Assembly (NCBI RefSeq): GCF_020745735.1
Contig: NC_083444.1
Location: 9,864,338 to 9,928,337, forward strand
Direction of reading: 5' to 3'
Length of the DNA: 64,000 nt
Source: Hemiscyllium ocellatum
Lineage: Eukaryota
The notes beneath the pieces were generated by a model. That model ran no database searches and was not told the origin of the DNA. It saw only the letters and a program-made list of their open reading frames with translations. The number at the start of each line of letters is the position of its first letter. Positions within the stretch are counted from its first letter, which is position 1. This document shows positions 23,499 to 35,613 of this stretch, piece by piece. Both the position numbers and the translations under genes were made by a program.

Positions 23499-26400
23499 GT
23501 AGGTGAATGCTGTCTGTTGTGTGCAATTTAGGAAGGACCAGCACCTACTGTGCCCTCAGAGCCACCCCAAGCCCCTCTTAGTTAGCAAATCACCTTCACT
23601 TGGCCACATTGCGATGCAGGGTAATGCCAACAGCGTGGGTTCAATTGCCGCACTGCCTGAGGGTACTTAGCACGAATGACTCTCCTTCTCAATCTCTCTC
23701 CTCACCTGAGACATGGTGACACCACCATCAGTCATCTGTCCCGTGTGAGAGAGCAGCCCTTTCGTTCAATATTCCCTCAAACAGCGATGTGTTTATGACT
23801 GGATGATCCAGGTTTTCTCTCTCACTATTGGTTGAGCGATTACTATAGTTAAGACTCTGAGGGGAACTCCCCTGTTGTTCTTTAAAACGGTGTGGCTGAG
23901 GGATCTTTTACGTCCACCTTAGAGGACAGATGGGGTGTCAGTTTAACACCTGCACTTGGAGAGTCACTCTGAATTATTGAGCTTTTGCCTCTGGAGCAGG
24001 CAAAACCTCCTGACTTCATTGTGTGTCACCCATGGCCAAAACTTTGTACGACAGGCAGAGCACCAAAACAGTTCTATCCGAAGCCACATTTTAGCTACAG
24101 TCATGGTGATCTACCTCCATGACGTCTCCATGGACACAGCTGAATGCAGCAGCCATTTTCTGAGGCATTCTTCAAGCTCAAAAGGGCTGCTCTACATTTA
24201 TCCTGCTGCTCACCCATCATTAGTTCTCAGTAACCCAATGCCTCCAACGTAAAATTCTCATCCTCTGGTTTAGCCCCCTCCTGACTCTGTCCCTTCCTAC
24301 ATCTGTAGCCCTCTCTGGCTTTGCAATTTTCCCAGCATCCTTTGACAACATCTTCCGAACTCTTGACCCCTACCAACTTGGAAGACAAGGGCAGCAGATG
24401 CATGGGAACAGCATAGTCTATGAGGTCACCCAGTGAAACTGCGTACTGTCTGGACGGTATCATCATTGCTGGGTCAAAATCCAGCTTCCTCTCAAACAGC
24501 ATCACACCTGTACTTAATCCCATGGATTGCAGTGATTTTAAAAAAAGGGCGATTAGGGATGGACAGTAAAGGCTGGTCTAGTCAACGACACCCAATGAAA
24601 GTGAAAAGCAACTTCCCCCATTACCAAAATATCCATTGCTTTGAATGTGGTCTTTTGTTTGTTCTACGCCTTTCACCTCAAGGTCGACAGTGGCTTTCAG
24701 CTATTTTGGCACAGTGTTGTAGAATTTTCTTCCTAACTAACCCTGCTGTCTTTCCAATGTGTCTCATTTGAAATGTAAACATCAGTTTTTTAAGGTGGTT
24801 TTTTTTAATACAAGCAGTTTGGGACAGGAATGCAAGTTTTTGCAAGATCCCAACTTTCGTTGTCAATTTGTACTGGTATTGTCAAGTCCTCAGTACCTCG
24901 GGACTGTGAAAGGGGTTGGACAAAAAAATCAGCCAGGGTCTCTCCTCCGGACTGTTATCCTGTCACCTTCTGATAGCTAGCTTATCTGTAGTTTAAAAAG
25001 AATTGCTCGGAATAAGCCCTGACAGAAAGTGACCCTAAACCTATTGAATTTTTTGGGTAAATAGAATTAGATTATTATGCCCAGTTAGTTCACCCTACTA
25101 TAAGGAGGATATCAAACCGTAGACAGGGTATAAAGGAAGAATATGCAGATAATACCACAGGTAGTTATATAGTTCTGAATTGCAGCTCCAAGAACTGGAG
25201 ATCTTAGCATAATCATTAAAGTAGAGCAGATTTTTAAAAATTCATTCAAAGGATCTGGACATTGCTGGCTAAGCCATGTTTGTTCCCCATCCCTAATTAC
25301 CCTTCTCATCCGCCTTCTCGAACCAGTGAGGTTCATTTGGCGTAGATACACCGCAGTGCTGTCAGGGAGAGGGAGTTCCACAATATTGATCTAGCAGCAA
25401 TGAAGTTTAACAGGTGCATTCAGACGTATTTTGATAACACAAGCAGGGAAAAAGTTACTTCTGTTGCTAGAAGAGTTAATAACTAGATGATGTAAATTGA
25501 ATATAATTATTGAAAGGTGAAAGGGAGTGTTATAGAGTCATTATGGCATAAGAGGAGGCCATTTGAGGGAGATGGTGGTGTAGTAGAAACCTCACTGGAC
25601 TAGTAATCCAGTGGCCCGAGCTAATAGTCTCAGGACAGGAGTTCAAATCTCACTCTCCTGCCATGGTGCTTTGTGTTTATGTTCCTCAAGCGTCCTTTCC
25701 AATTTCCTTTTGAAATTGTTCACCAACTATGTTTGCACCACCCTAGTGGGCAGTAAGTTCTAGGTCATTACAGTTCATCGCTTTTAAAAAAAAAACCTCT
25801 TCCCTGGCCTCACTTGTCCGAAACCTTAAATCTATGTGCTCACGTCCTGGTACCATCAGCTAACAGGAAAAGGTTTCTCTTTGTCAACCTTAAGGAAACT
25901 TATTATAATCTAATACGTCTCTGTCAAATCATCAAGCCCCCCGCCGCCAACCCATTTCTGACACCTTCCTTCATAGCAATAATCTCTCACCTCAGCAACT
26001 GATCTAGAGAAAGGTTCACTCAGCTAATTCCTGGGATGAAGAGTTCTTATTTAGAACGAGAGGCACAAAGTTATAATAGACGAGGGGTTCAAGGGTTTTG
26101 CGAGACAGGCAGGAAAGAGGAACGAAGGCCATAGTCAAATGTGCTGTGCTCTCATTGATTAAATATCATAAATTTAATCCAGAATAACTTCTGAGAAGGA
26201 AGTGGAGAAACCGCACTAGGTATGGCTCATTTACCTTTTCCTAAGAGGAGGACATTTCAGAGGGATAACAGAAGTACAAGTGGACCAAATGGCTTTGACC
26301 TGTGCTGTCAAGGTCGGTATTTGCATGCACATTGGTTTTGGAAAGTGTACACTGTGCAAATTAAGGACTGCAGCATTGAAAGCCTCTGTTCAGTGCTGTG

Positions 26401-28517
26401 CTCACAGCGGGATGCAGAGCGATACATAATTAGGGCCCAGTGCTTCCCAGTTTTAAATTGGTTTGAAAACAGGAGGATGAATTTTAAATTGGTTTTGTTT
26501 CAGTTTCAGCTATCAACTTTTTTTTTACTCCAGGAATTGAGCCAGTCTTAAAAATAAAGGAACAGAATGCAGAGAAAAATGCAAAATGTACTTCCTTTGG
26601 TTTTTAGTCTGTGAGTTTTATGTTAGAATTACCAAAACTTTATAAGAAACAGCTGTGTTTAAGGAGATGATTATTAATTTGATTTCTAGACATTGACATT
26701 TTCAGGAAATACCTTAAATGTTGTTAAGTTTATGTTCAGAGGTTAATTAAAAGCAAAGTTGCAGCTGTGAAGTTTTACTAAAAATGTTTCTCACTGGGAG
26801 GTGACCAAATGTAATGATCCCTGCAGAGACTGATTCCTGTTTATACAGGAGGTCCTAGTTCCCAGTGGTCAACTTAAATAAACATTTTAAACTGCAGGGA
26901 AGTTTCCTCATTCAAGTTTTAATGCATCTGAAAATCCTGCTCCATGCTAACGTTGTACTCTGTGCCTCAAATTGGCACACTTCTTCTGGAACCAGTCCAG
27001 AGTGATTTCTTGCGTCTGATGGCATGTGTAAATCTGCAATCTCTGAATTGGCTTCTGTGGTTAGGCTTATCCTCTCTGTAGCTAGAGTAAGGCAAATCTT
27101 GGTTTAATTTCGATGCTTACAAACGCGGTCTCTTCAGTCTAAACATGAGCTCCCACGAGAACTAAAGAGGCTAGCCATCTCTAAGTCCAAATTCTCTTTT
27201 TCTCTCAAATTCTGGTAGATGGTGATTGTCTACAACATTCAGTAATATTTTAAGAATGCAGTCTGTATGCCAATCCTAAAGTGGCTTCCCGTGGACTTTT
27301 CCCTTCTCAACGTCCACCTGCAGAGCAGATGACACCAAGATTGATGTTCTTGTGGAGGGTGAAAAAGGTTATCTGGGAACACAGCGAGATTGGGCCAGTG
27401 GGCTGAGGAATGGCAGATGGAGTTTAATTTAGATAAATGCAAGATGTCGTATTTTGATAAGGCAAACCAGGGTAGGACTTACACAGTTAATGATAGGGCC
27501 CTGGGGAGTGTTATAGAACAAAGAGATCCAGGGGTACAGGTTCTCAAATGAACTTTCACAATTGGATTGACCATGCTATATTGCTCTTGTTGACGGATGT
27601 GTAGGTTAGGTAAATTGGCCATGGGAACTGCAGGGTTAGAGAGAAGGTGGGTGTGGGTGGGATGCTCTTTGGAGAGTCAGTGTGGACCCAATGGGCCGAA
27701 TAGCCTGCTTCTACACTGGCGATTCTATGATGTTGGCAAGGTAGAAATAACACCTTCAGTCTGAGATCTAAGGCTGACACATCCTGTGTGATCACTGGCT
27801 TCCCCCGTGTGTCTCCCAAAAAGAATATAAACCTTCCGGTGATAAACAGGAAAACCTGCTTATTGTTGACGTCAATGCCGACAGTGACTCACTTCCCCAT
27901 ACCATTTGTACTTTGGACATTTATTTTTGGTGACAGTCAGGGGGAAGACACCAGGTCATGAGAGTTTATTTCCTTTAAGGAGTCAGCCAGAGAATATTGT
28001 TTCACTTGTTCAAGACATGTGGGAGTCACCGGCATTGATCACTCAACCTTGATCAGCTTTGAGCCATCACCTTGAACCGCTGCAGACCATGTGTTGTAGG
28101 TGGACCCACTGACAGATAAAAGATGTCCATTTATCTCCTAGTCAGGACGGTGACTGGCTCAGAGGAACTTGCAGCTGGTAGTGTTCACATCTACTTTAAT
28201 GGCAAAAGATGTGTGAACTGGGTTTGGCAAAGTAGGTTGTGGGTGGGAGTTGTTTTTGACCTCAAATTTGTTGTAGGATGGAATTCCCATGTCTGGGCAT
28301 AGCTGGCGAGGCCAGTATATCTTATCCTTCCCAGTTTCACAGTCCCGGTCTCTGGAAGAGCCTTGGTGTGCTTATCCACAGACCCGGGCGGCACGGTGGC
28401 TCAGTGGTCAGCATGACTGCCTCACAGCACCAGAGATACGGGTTCAGTTCCAGCCTAGTCCCACACACAGTTGCTGAACAGGACTTGACTGCCTTTCTCT
28501 CTGTCTCCTCTGCTCAG

Positions 28518-28733
28518 GTGTTTCATGTCCCTCTGGAGGAGCGCAGGTACAAGGACAACAGTCAGTTTGGCGAAGGTGAGGAGGCGAAGGTGTGCTTGGA
28601 CATCATGCAGAAGACGGGAGCCCATATTGAGCTCTCTCTGGCCAAAGATCAAGGCCTCTCCATCATGGTGACCGGCAAACTCGACTCTGTCATGAAAGCA
28701 AGGAAGGAAATCGTGGCTCGACTTCAGACCCAG
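28518..28733 (+). CDS. HDLBP: Vigilin coding exon 3
   Basis: VFHVPLEERRYKD...KARKEIVARLQTQ; CTCAG| ... CAG|GTCGGT; 216 nt. Confidence 0.96.
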
Positions 28734-29469
28734 GTCGGTCTTCGGGATTGGCGCACCGTTGTCACTGCTGTGGTTGGTGAGAGGTCGTGTCTTTCACCCT
28801 GTTTTCCTCCCCCTCCACTTTTGTGATCAGTTGTAGAACCCACACTCTGCTTTGCACCAAGCCGACTAATAGAAAAAGGTTGTTTCCTTTGGTGGATAGG
28901 GTGGGATTCTAGTTAAATGATAGAGAAAAGGAGCAAGTGATTGAATGGCTCAGTCCTGTTTGTGATTGCTTCCTTAAACTCCTCAGTCCTTTTCTGTGTT
29001 GAAGCTTCAGGCATGAATTAATCGAGGTATTTGGAATCCACATTTGTCAAAGTCCCAGAGGACCACAGCTTGCTCCCTTGTTACAGAGAAACAGCTGATA
29101 GTGTTTTTAACCCGAGGGTCACCCTGCGTCAGGCAGGGGGCAAGGTTGAGAAGCTGGGGCCTTCAAGTGACCTCAACCAGTGCAGGAATTGAACCCACAC
29201 TCTGCTTTGCACCAAGCCGACTCAACTAATAGAAAAAGGTTGTTTCCTTTGGTGGATAGGGTGGGATTCTAGTTAAATGATAGAGAAAAGGAGCAAGTGA
29301 TTGAATGGCTCAGTCCCGTTTGTGTGTTCCAAGGAGCCTCAAGGTCCTGCCCCTCCAGCAGGCATTGCTGATATCATTACTCATCTGTGGAGTCTTTTTC
29401 AAGTGTAAGACTCCATAGATGAGCAGTCTCTAAAGAAGAGCGGAAGTGATCTTGATCGTCTCTAGAGCG

Positions 29470-29890
29470 GAGAGGTTTGATAGGCTGGGGCTTTTTTTTT
29501 CCACTGGAGCGTAGGAGACTGCGGGATGACCATCTTGAGGTTTGTAAAATTATGAGGGGCACAGATGAGGTGACTATCCAGCAGCTTTCCTCCAGGATAG
29601 GGGAGTCTAAAACTAGAGGGCATGGGTTTAAGCTGAGAGGGGAAAGATACAAAAAGGTCCAGAGGGGCATTTGTTTGATACACAAGGTGGTGAGTGTCGG
29701 GAGCAGGCTGCCAGAGGTAGTGGTGGAGGCGAGCACAATTTTGTCACTTAAGAGACATCATGGCCAGGTACATGGATGGGGTAGGTATGGAGCGATATGG
29801 GATTAGATTAACTGTGAAAACTGGGCGGCATGGACAATTTGGGCCGAAGGGCCTGTTTCCGTGCTGTAGTCCTCTATGACTCTATGTCTG
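29470..29890 (+). mobile_element. CR1/HER1 LINE 3' fragment
   Basis: LERRRLR..HLEVCKIMRG...KTRGHGFKLRG; tail GGGCCGAAGGGCCTGTTTCC...(CTATGA)n. Confidence 0.88.
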
Positions 29891-30676
29891 TGACATTGGT
29901 ATTTGAAGTCAGAGCATTGACCTGCAAGAGAGATGGGGACTCCTTGATAACCTTCTGAAGATGTGATTGAAATGTAATATTTTGGCCAACGTCTTGTATA
30001 CATGGCTGCCATTGCTGATTTGTCAGGTTAGTGAATGTTATGAGCTGAAGCCCATGCCAATCACCTATTTACAATTATGCATTTATAATTCCTAGATAGA
30101 TTTGTTATCGTAATTTTTTGGCACTTTTATGTCAGGCTAATGTTGAAGCCACCTATGTAATCATTTAGAATGGAAGTATTGTATGGGGAAGCAGTGGCCT
30201 AGTAGTCGATCCAGAGGGCCAGCTAATATACTGGAGACCTGGGTTTGAATCCCATCTACAGCAGATGGTGAAATTTGAATTCAGTTCTAACTGATTCAGA
30301 GTCCGAGGATGCATCTGTTGCCGTTTGTCGGAAAAGCCCATCTGGCTCACTGATGTCCACTGAAACTGCCATCCTTACCTGGTCTGGCCTACATGTTGAC
30401 TGGGCAATTGGGGATGGGCAGTTAAGAGTTAACTATCCTGTGATGTTCACATCCTGTGAACGAATAAAGAAAAATGTAAACAGTTGCCTGTAATGATGTT
30501 GCATTGCAAACTGTGGTCACTAGGTAATTCTACAGAGTGTAATTTCCAATGTGTACTGGAGAAAACTTACACCCGTCAACCGACTGAGAGGTGTTGTGGT
30601 CTCGAGCAAAAACTAACTCCTCTTTGCACAGAGAGTGCAGACCAACGTACTTTACCAGGCTCTTTAACTCCCTTAG

Positions 30677-30883
30677 GCTTCAGCTACTGTCACCATCCCA
30701 AAAGAACACCATCGGTTTGTCATCGGCAAGAATGGAGAGAAACTGCAGGAACTAGAATTGAAGACGGCGACCAAAATCAACATCCCCCGCCCCGATGACC
30801 CCAGCAACCAGATTAAAATTACAGGGACGAAGGAAGGCATTGAGAAATCTCGGCACGAGATTCTGCTCATCTCTGCAGAGCAG
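30677..30883 (+). CDS. HDLBP: Vigilin coding exon 4 (KH domain)
   Basis: ASATVTIPKEHHRFVIGKNGEKLQELELKTATKINIP...ILLISAEQ; CCTTAG| ... CAG|GTACGG; 207 nt. Confidence 0.96.
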
Positions 30884-31295
30884 GTACGGCCGCCCATCCA
30901 ACTTTCCAAAATCATTTCCGCAGTATATTTGTTTTGATATCCCTTGGGTCTCGTGTAATTTGGTTTTGTGCCCCATGTCAATTAAAATAATGCAGTTGCC
31001 ATTTTCAGGGCATGTGATCCTCCAATTAGCCTTCTGTGAAATGATAGAGGCAGGTGAAGAGAATGGCCAGTGAGGTGACCGCGAGTAACGTGGTGATGTT
31101 ATTGGATTCTGCTATAAGAATGGAAAAGCACAGTATGTTTTAAATAGTGTGAAGCTTGCAAACATCCACGTTCAGAGGGGCTTGTGAACGCAGCACACAG
31201 CAAGTTAGCTTGCAGGTACACCGCACGCCGAGGAAGGCAAGTGGTAAATTGAACCTTTTATTGCCATGGGTTTGAAGTGTAGGCAGAAAGTATCT

Positions 31296-31377
31296 GTAGT
31301 TGTGGCCGAGTGGTTAAGGCGATGGACTTGAAATTCGTTGGGGCATTCCCACGCAGGTTCGAATCCCGTCAACTATG
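31296..31377 (+). tRNA. tRNA-Ser(UGA), degenerate, possible pseudogene
   Basis: 82 nt GTAGTTGTGGCCGAGTGGTTAAGGCGATGGACTTGAAA...GGTTCGAATCCCGTCAACTATG with long variable arm and intact A and B boxes. G.U pairs in the acceptor and anticodon stems, one A-C mismatch in the T stem. Confidence 0.88.
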
Positions 31378-31405
31378 GCGGAGTTTGCGCTGAGCTCTGC
31401 TTTGT

Positions 31406-31730
31406 GGGCGGCACGGTGGCACAGTGGTTAGCACTGCTGCCTCACAGCGCCTGAGACCCGGGTTCAATTCCCGCCTCAGGCGACTGACTGTGTGGAGTTT
31501 GCACGTTCTCCCCGTGTCTGCGTGGGTTTCCTCCGGGTGCTCCGGTTTCCTCCCACAGTCCAAAGATGTGCGGGTCAGGGTGAATTGGCCATGCTAAATT
31601 GTCCGTAGAGTTAGGTAGGGGGTAAATGTAGGGGTATGGGTGGGTTACGCTTCGGCGGGTCGGTGTGGACTTGTTGGGCCGAAGGGCCTGTTTCCACACT
31701 GTAAGTAATCTAATCTAATCTAATCTAAAA
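31406..31730 (+). mobile_element. Young full-length HE1-type SINE
   Basis: Intact A and B boxes, V-domain, GTAAG(TAATC)n tail, CpGs retained. Confidence 0.93.
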
Positions 31731-32139
31731 GAAAGAAGTCTTGCTACAATGCTGCTTGCTTCTGTGCTTCAAAATTGTCTTGGGATTTGGTGTGACAATA
31801 CCTGAAGTACCAGGAGCGATTTTGGTCTGTGTGCTTGAGGATTCGTGTGCTTGGATTGGAGACAGTCGTGAAGGGCCGCTGAATTGGTCATTGGGAGGAT
31901 GAAAGGATGGTCCACTGATGAGAGACTGAGTGAATGAATCCCGGAGCTTCGAAGAATGAGGAGTGACCACATGAAGCATAGGAAGCCCTCAAGGGACTTG
32001 ACGTGAGAGACGCAGATTAGGAAAGCTAGAACGTGGGCCACCGTTTTAAGATAAGGGGACAAATATTTGGAACAGAGATGCGAATAGAATTTTTCACATA
32101 AAGGGCTGTGAATCTATGGAACTTTTTCATTGAAGACTG

Positions 32140-32490
32140 GAGAGATGGATGTGATAGTCATCCAAACCTTTCAGTCCAACCAATCCATGCTGACCATATT
32201 CCCAAATTAAACTTGTCTCACTGTCTGCATTTGGCCCAAATCCCTCCAAACCTTTCCTATTCATCTCCTTACCCAAATGTCTTTTAAATGTTGTAACTTG
32301 TACCTGCATCCACCACTTCCTCTGGATGTTCATTCCACACACGAACCACCCTCTGTATTAAAAAAAAATTGCCCCTACGTCTTTTTAAAATCTCTGTCCT
32401 TTCACCTTAGAAAATGTGCCCTTTAGTCTTGAAATCCCCCATCCTAGAGAAAAGACAACTCCTATTAACTGCATCGATACCCCTCCTGAG
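32140..32490 (-). mobile_element. CR1/HER1 LINE 3' fragment
   Basis: Same family as 51085-51570 and 57575-58135 (CATTCCACACACGAACCACCCTCTG). Confidence 0.85.
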
Positions 32491-32811
32491 GGGAATCATG
32501 TTGAAACTGCCCTCCCCCAGTTCTAGATTCCCACACGTTGGAAAGCATCCTACAATTTACAGTCTAGGATAACTTTACTCGATCAGCCATAATCCTATTG
32601 AATGGCGGAGCAGGTTGGAGGGGTGCTCCTATACATGTTTATTACGGTCTAAGTCAATTAAAAGCATGAACCTCTCTAGATAATCTATGCTTATTTAAGA
32701 ATTGCACTTTGCATTCTGATTGACAGCAGCACTGTTGGGGAAAGTGGTTTGCTTGGTAAAGTAATTAAAAGAATCTCACTTGATTGCCTTACCTTCTGTC
32801 CCTGGTGCTAG

Positions 32812-33027
32812 GACAAGCGGGCAGTGGAGAGGATAAACCTGGAGAAGGTCTTCCATCCGTTCATTGCTGGGGCTTACAACAAAGTGGTCCAGGAAATCAT
32901 GCAGGAGACCGGAGCTCGTATCAACATCCCGCCTCCCAGCATCAACAAGGATGAGATCTTCATCACTGGTGAGAAAGAGCCCGTGGCACAGGCAGGCACC
33001 CGAATCAGGAAGATCTATGAAGAGAAG
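32812..33027 (+). CDS. HDLBP: Vigilin coding exon 5
   Basis: DKRAVERINLEKVFHPFIAGAYNK...RKIYEEK; CTAG| ... AAG|GTTAGA; 216 nt, ends phase 0. Confidence 0.96.
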
Positions 33028-33329
33028 GTTAGACCAGCAGTGTCCATGTACTAGGCAGACGTGTGCATTTATATCCTGTTTTAATGTGTCATCTTGGTCT
33101 CACCAAACCTTTTAGCCAGTGAAGCACGGTGATTGTCTGTTTAAATTCCCACAATTCATGTTGCTATTGCTGTCTCCCCCAGCATTCTTCACTTTATACT
33201 CTGCTGTTTCCTCAGTTAATGCTGTCATTCACCCTCCTTCACTTCCTCACTCCACTCTTCACTCATATCCACCATTAAAGCTGTCATTGTCCTCTGTCTC
33301 ACTCCAATAATGCTCCTTCTGTTAATGAT

Positions 33330-34660
33330 CTCTTTCCCTCTCCCTCTCTCCTTTTCCTCTCCTTTCACTCTCCCCTCTCCCCACCTTCCCCCTCTCTCTC
33401 TCTCCACCCCCCTCTCTCTCTCTCTCCACCCCCCTCTCTCTCTCCACCCCCCTCTCTCTCTCTCTCCCACCCCCCCTCTCTCTCTCCACCCCCCTCTCTC
33501 TCTCTCTCCACCCCCCTCTCTCTCTCTCTCTCCACCCCCCTCTCTCTCTCTCCACCCCCCTCTCTCTCTCTCCACCCCCTCTCTCTCTCCACCCCCCTCT
33601 CTCTCTCTCCACCCCCCTCTCTCTCTCTCCACCCCCCTCTCTCTCTCCACCCCCTCTCTCTCTCTCCACCCCCCTCTCTCTCTCCACCCCCCTCTCTCTC
33701 TCTCCACCCCCCTCTCTCTCTCTCCACCCCTCTCTCTCTCTCTCTCCCCCCCTCTCTCTCTCTCCACCCCCCTCTCTCTCTCTCCACCCCCCCTCTCTCT
33801 CTCTCCACCCCCCTCTCTCTCTCTCCACCCCCCTCTCTCTCTCTCCACCCCCCTCTCTCTCTCTCCACCCCCCTCTCTCTCTCTCCACCCCCCTCTCTCT
33901 CTCTCCACCCCCCTCTCTCTCTCTCCACCCCCCTCTCTCTCTCTCTCCACCCCCCTCTCTCTCTCCACCCCCCTCTCTCTCTCTCCACCCCCCTCTCTCT
34001 CTCTCCACCCCCCTCTCTCTCTCTCCACCCCCCTCTCTCTCTCTCCACCCCCCTCTCTCTCTCTCCACCCCCCTCTCTCTCTCTCCACCCCCCTCTCTCT
34101 CTCTCCACCCCCCTCTCTCTCTCTCCACCCCCCTCTCTCTCTCTCCACCCCCCTCTCTCTCTCTCCACCCCCCTCTCTCTCTCTCCACCCCCCTCTCTCT
34201 CTCTCCACCCCCCTCTCTCTCTCTCCACCCCCCCCTCTCTCTCTCCACCCCCCTCTCTCTCTCTCCACCCCCCTCTCTCTCTCTCTCACCCCCCTCTCTC
34301 TCTCTCCACCCCCCTCTCTCTCTCTCCACCCCCCTCTCTCTCTCTCCACCCCCCCTCTCTCTCTCTCCACCCCCCTCTCTCTCTCTCTCCACCCCCCTCT
34401 CTCTCTCTCCATCCCCCCTCTCTCTCTCCACCCCCCTCTCTCTCTCTCCACCCCCGTCTCTCTCTCTCTCCACCCCCCTCTCTCTCTCTCCACCCCCCTC
34501 TCTCTCTCTCCACCCCCCTCTCTCTCTCTCCACCCCCCTCTCTCTCTCTCCACCCCCCTCTCTCTCTCTCCACCCCCTCCCCCTCTCTCTCTCTCCACCC
34601 CCTCCCCTTCTTGTCTCTCCACCCCCTCCCCTTCTTGTCTCTCCACCCTCTCCCCTGCCC
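33330..34660. repeat. About 20-bp polypyrimidine minisatellite (CTCTCCACCCCCCTCTCTCT)n
   Basis: Exact 20-bp periodicity over most of 33800-34250; source of the spurious ER/G-rich ORFs. Confidence 0.97.
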
Positions 34661-34989
34661 ATCTTTATCCTTTCCTTTGAATTGATACTGTGTACGATTT
34701 GTCAGGATTGCTGTATGCGTGTATTTTGTTCATCAGGTGTAAAAAGGGGTATCACACCAAGCTAATGCATCATTTAAAAGAAGCCAAAAGCTCTCAAAGG
34801 AGGGTTGCATTTAAAAAGTACCTGTCGGTCTGAATCTTAAACGTGGTAGGTTCATATGTTGGGATTCTTTTGCTGGGTGAACCCATGTTGCAAAAGGTTG
34901 GAGAATGGATGAACATCGAGCTGAATGGAGGCTTCATTGTAAGATGTGGAGGTGGGACTCCTGTGTCAGCAGCCAGGTGGGGTGGAGAC

Positions 34990-35116
34990 TGGCAGGAGGC
35001 TCTCAAGACATACAGAAAGTGCAAAGGAATAATGTTGAATGTCAAAACCAGGTCTAGCTCCAAGAACATGGATGCAGTCCATAAGGCTGTTGAATAGTCT
35101 GACCCAGGTTGTGAAC
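34990..35116 (+). pseudogene. Broken Myb/SANT-domain exon of the Harbinger accessory gene
   Basis: Motif pieces fall in three frames (GRRLSRHT / MLNVKTRS / LAPRTWMQSIRLLNSLTQVVN); donor AAC|GTGAGT is intact. Confidence 0.65.
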
Positions 35117-35345
35117 GTGAGTAAATCCTGTCTTCAAATGGCATATCTAAGCACGTGTGCCATCGGCCTCCTACGCTGCTCAGTTAACCACACTCCCTTC
35201 ACCCTCTCAGCAACATGCTATCAATCAGTAACCAACCCTGCAGTTAAACGGACACAGCTCACAGCAGTGATTAATCATGACGGCCACGTCGCCCAAAGGT
35301 GATAACAGGACAGTACCGCACTGACACACTTGCCTGTCGTTGCAG

Positions 35346-35490
35346 GAGAAGATGGTGCTTAACAGGGGCAAGCAAGAGCACACGGGAGGAGGACAGTCAC
35401 ACCTTCACGTTTTAGCCGCTGTTGATGAGACAGTTACAGAAAAGGGTATTGCTGAGGCCTGTGACGACGCTGGAGAGATCAAGGATGAAG
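35346..35490 (+). CDS. Harbinger-derived exon B (open, phase 0 to 1)
   Basis: Branch CTGAC and acceptor GTTGCAG|; EKMVLNRGKQEHTGGGQSHLHVL...IKDE; donor AAG|GTATCT. Expression not shown. Confidence 0.55.
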
Positions 35491-35613
35491 GTATCTGTGG
35501 ACTTAATCCTCCTCCTCTTAAGCTGCACCTTTCTTATTGTGCAGTCTCCTCTGTCCTCTGCAGATGATTAAAGAGGCCCCATCTTACTTTGCCCTAATCC
35601 TTTCTTATTTCAG

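Noticed and set aside
31296-31377. Selenocysteine or opal-suppressor tRNA
   Set aside because: The anticodon is UGA (reads Ser UCA), not UCA, and the body is the standard tRNA-Ser type.
33225-34680. ER/G-rich and LSLS-rich ORFs (up to 473 aa)
   Set aside because: Artefact of the 20-bp CT minisatellite.
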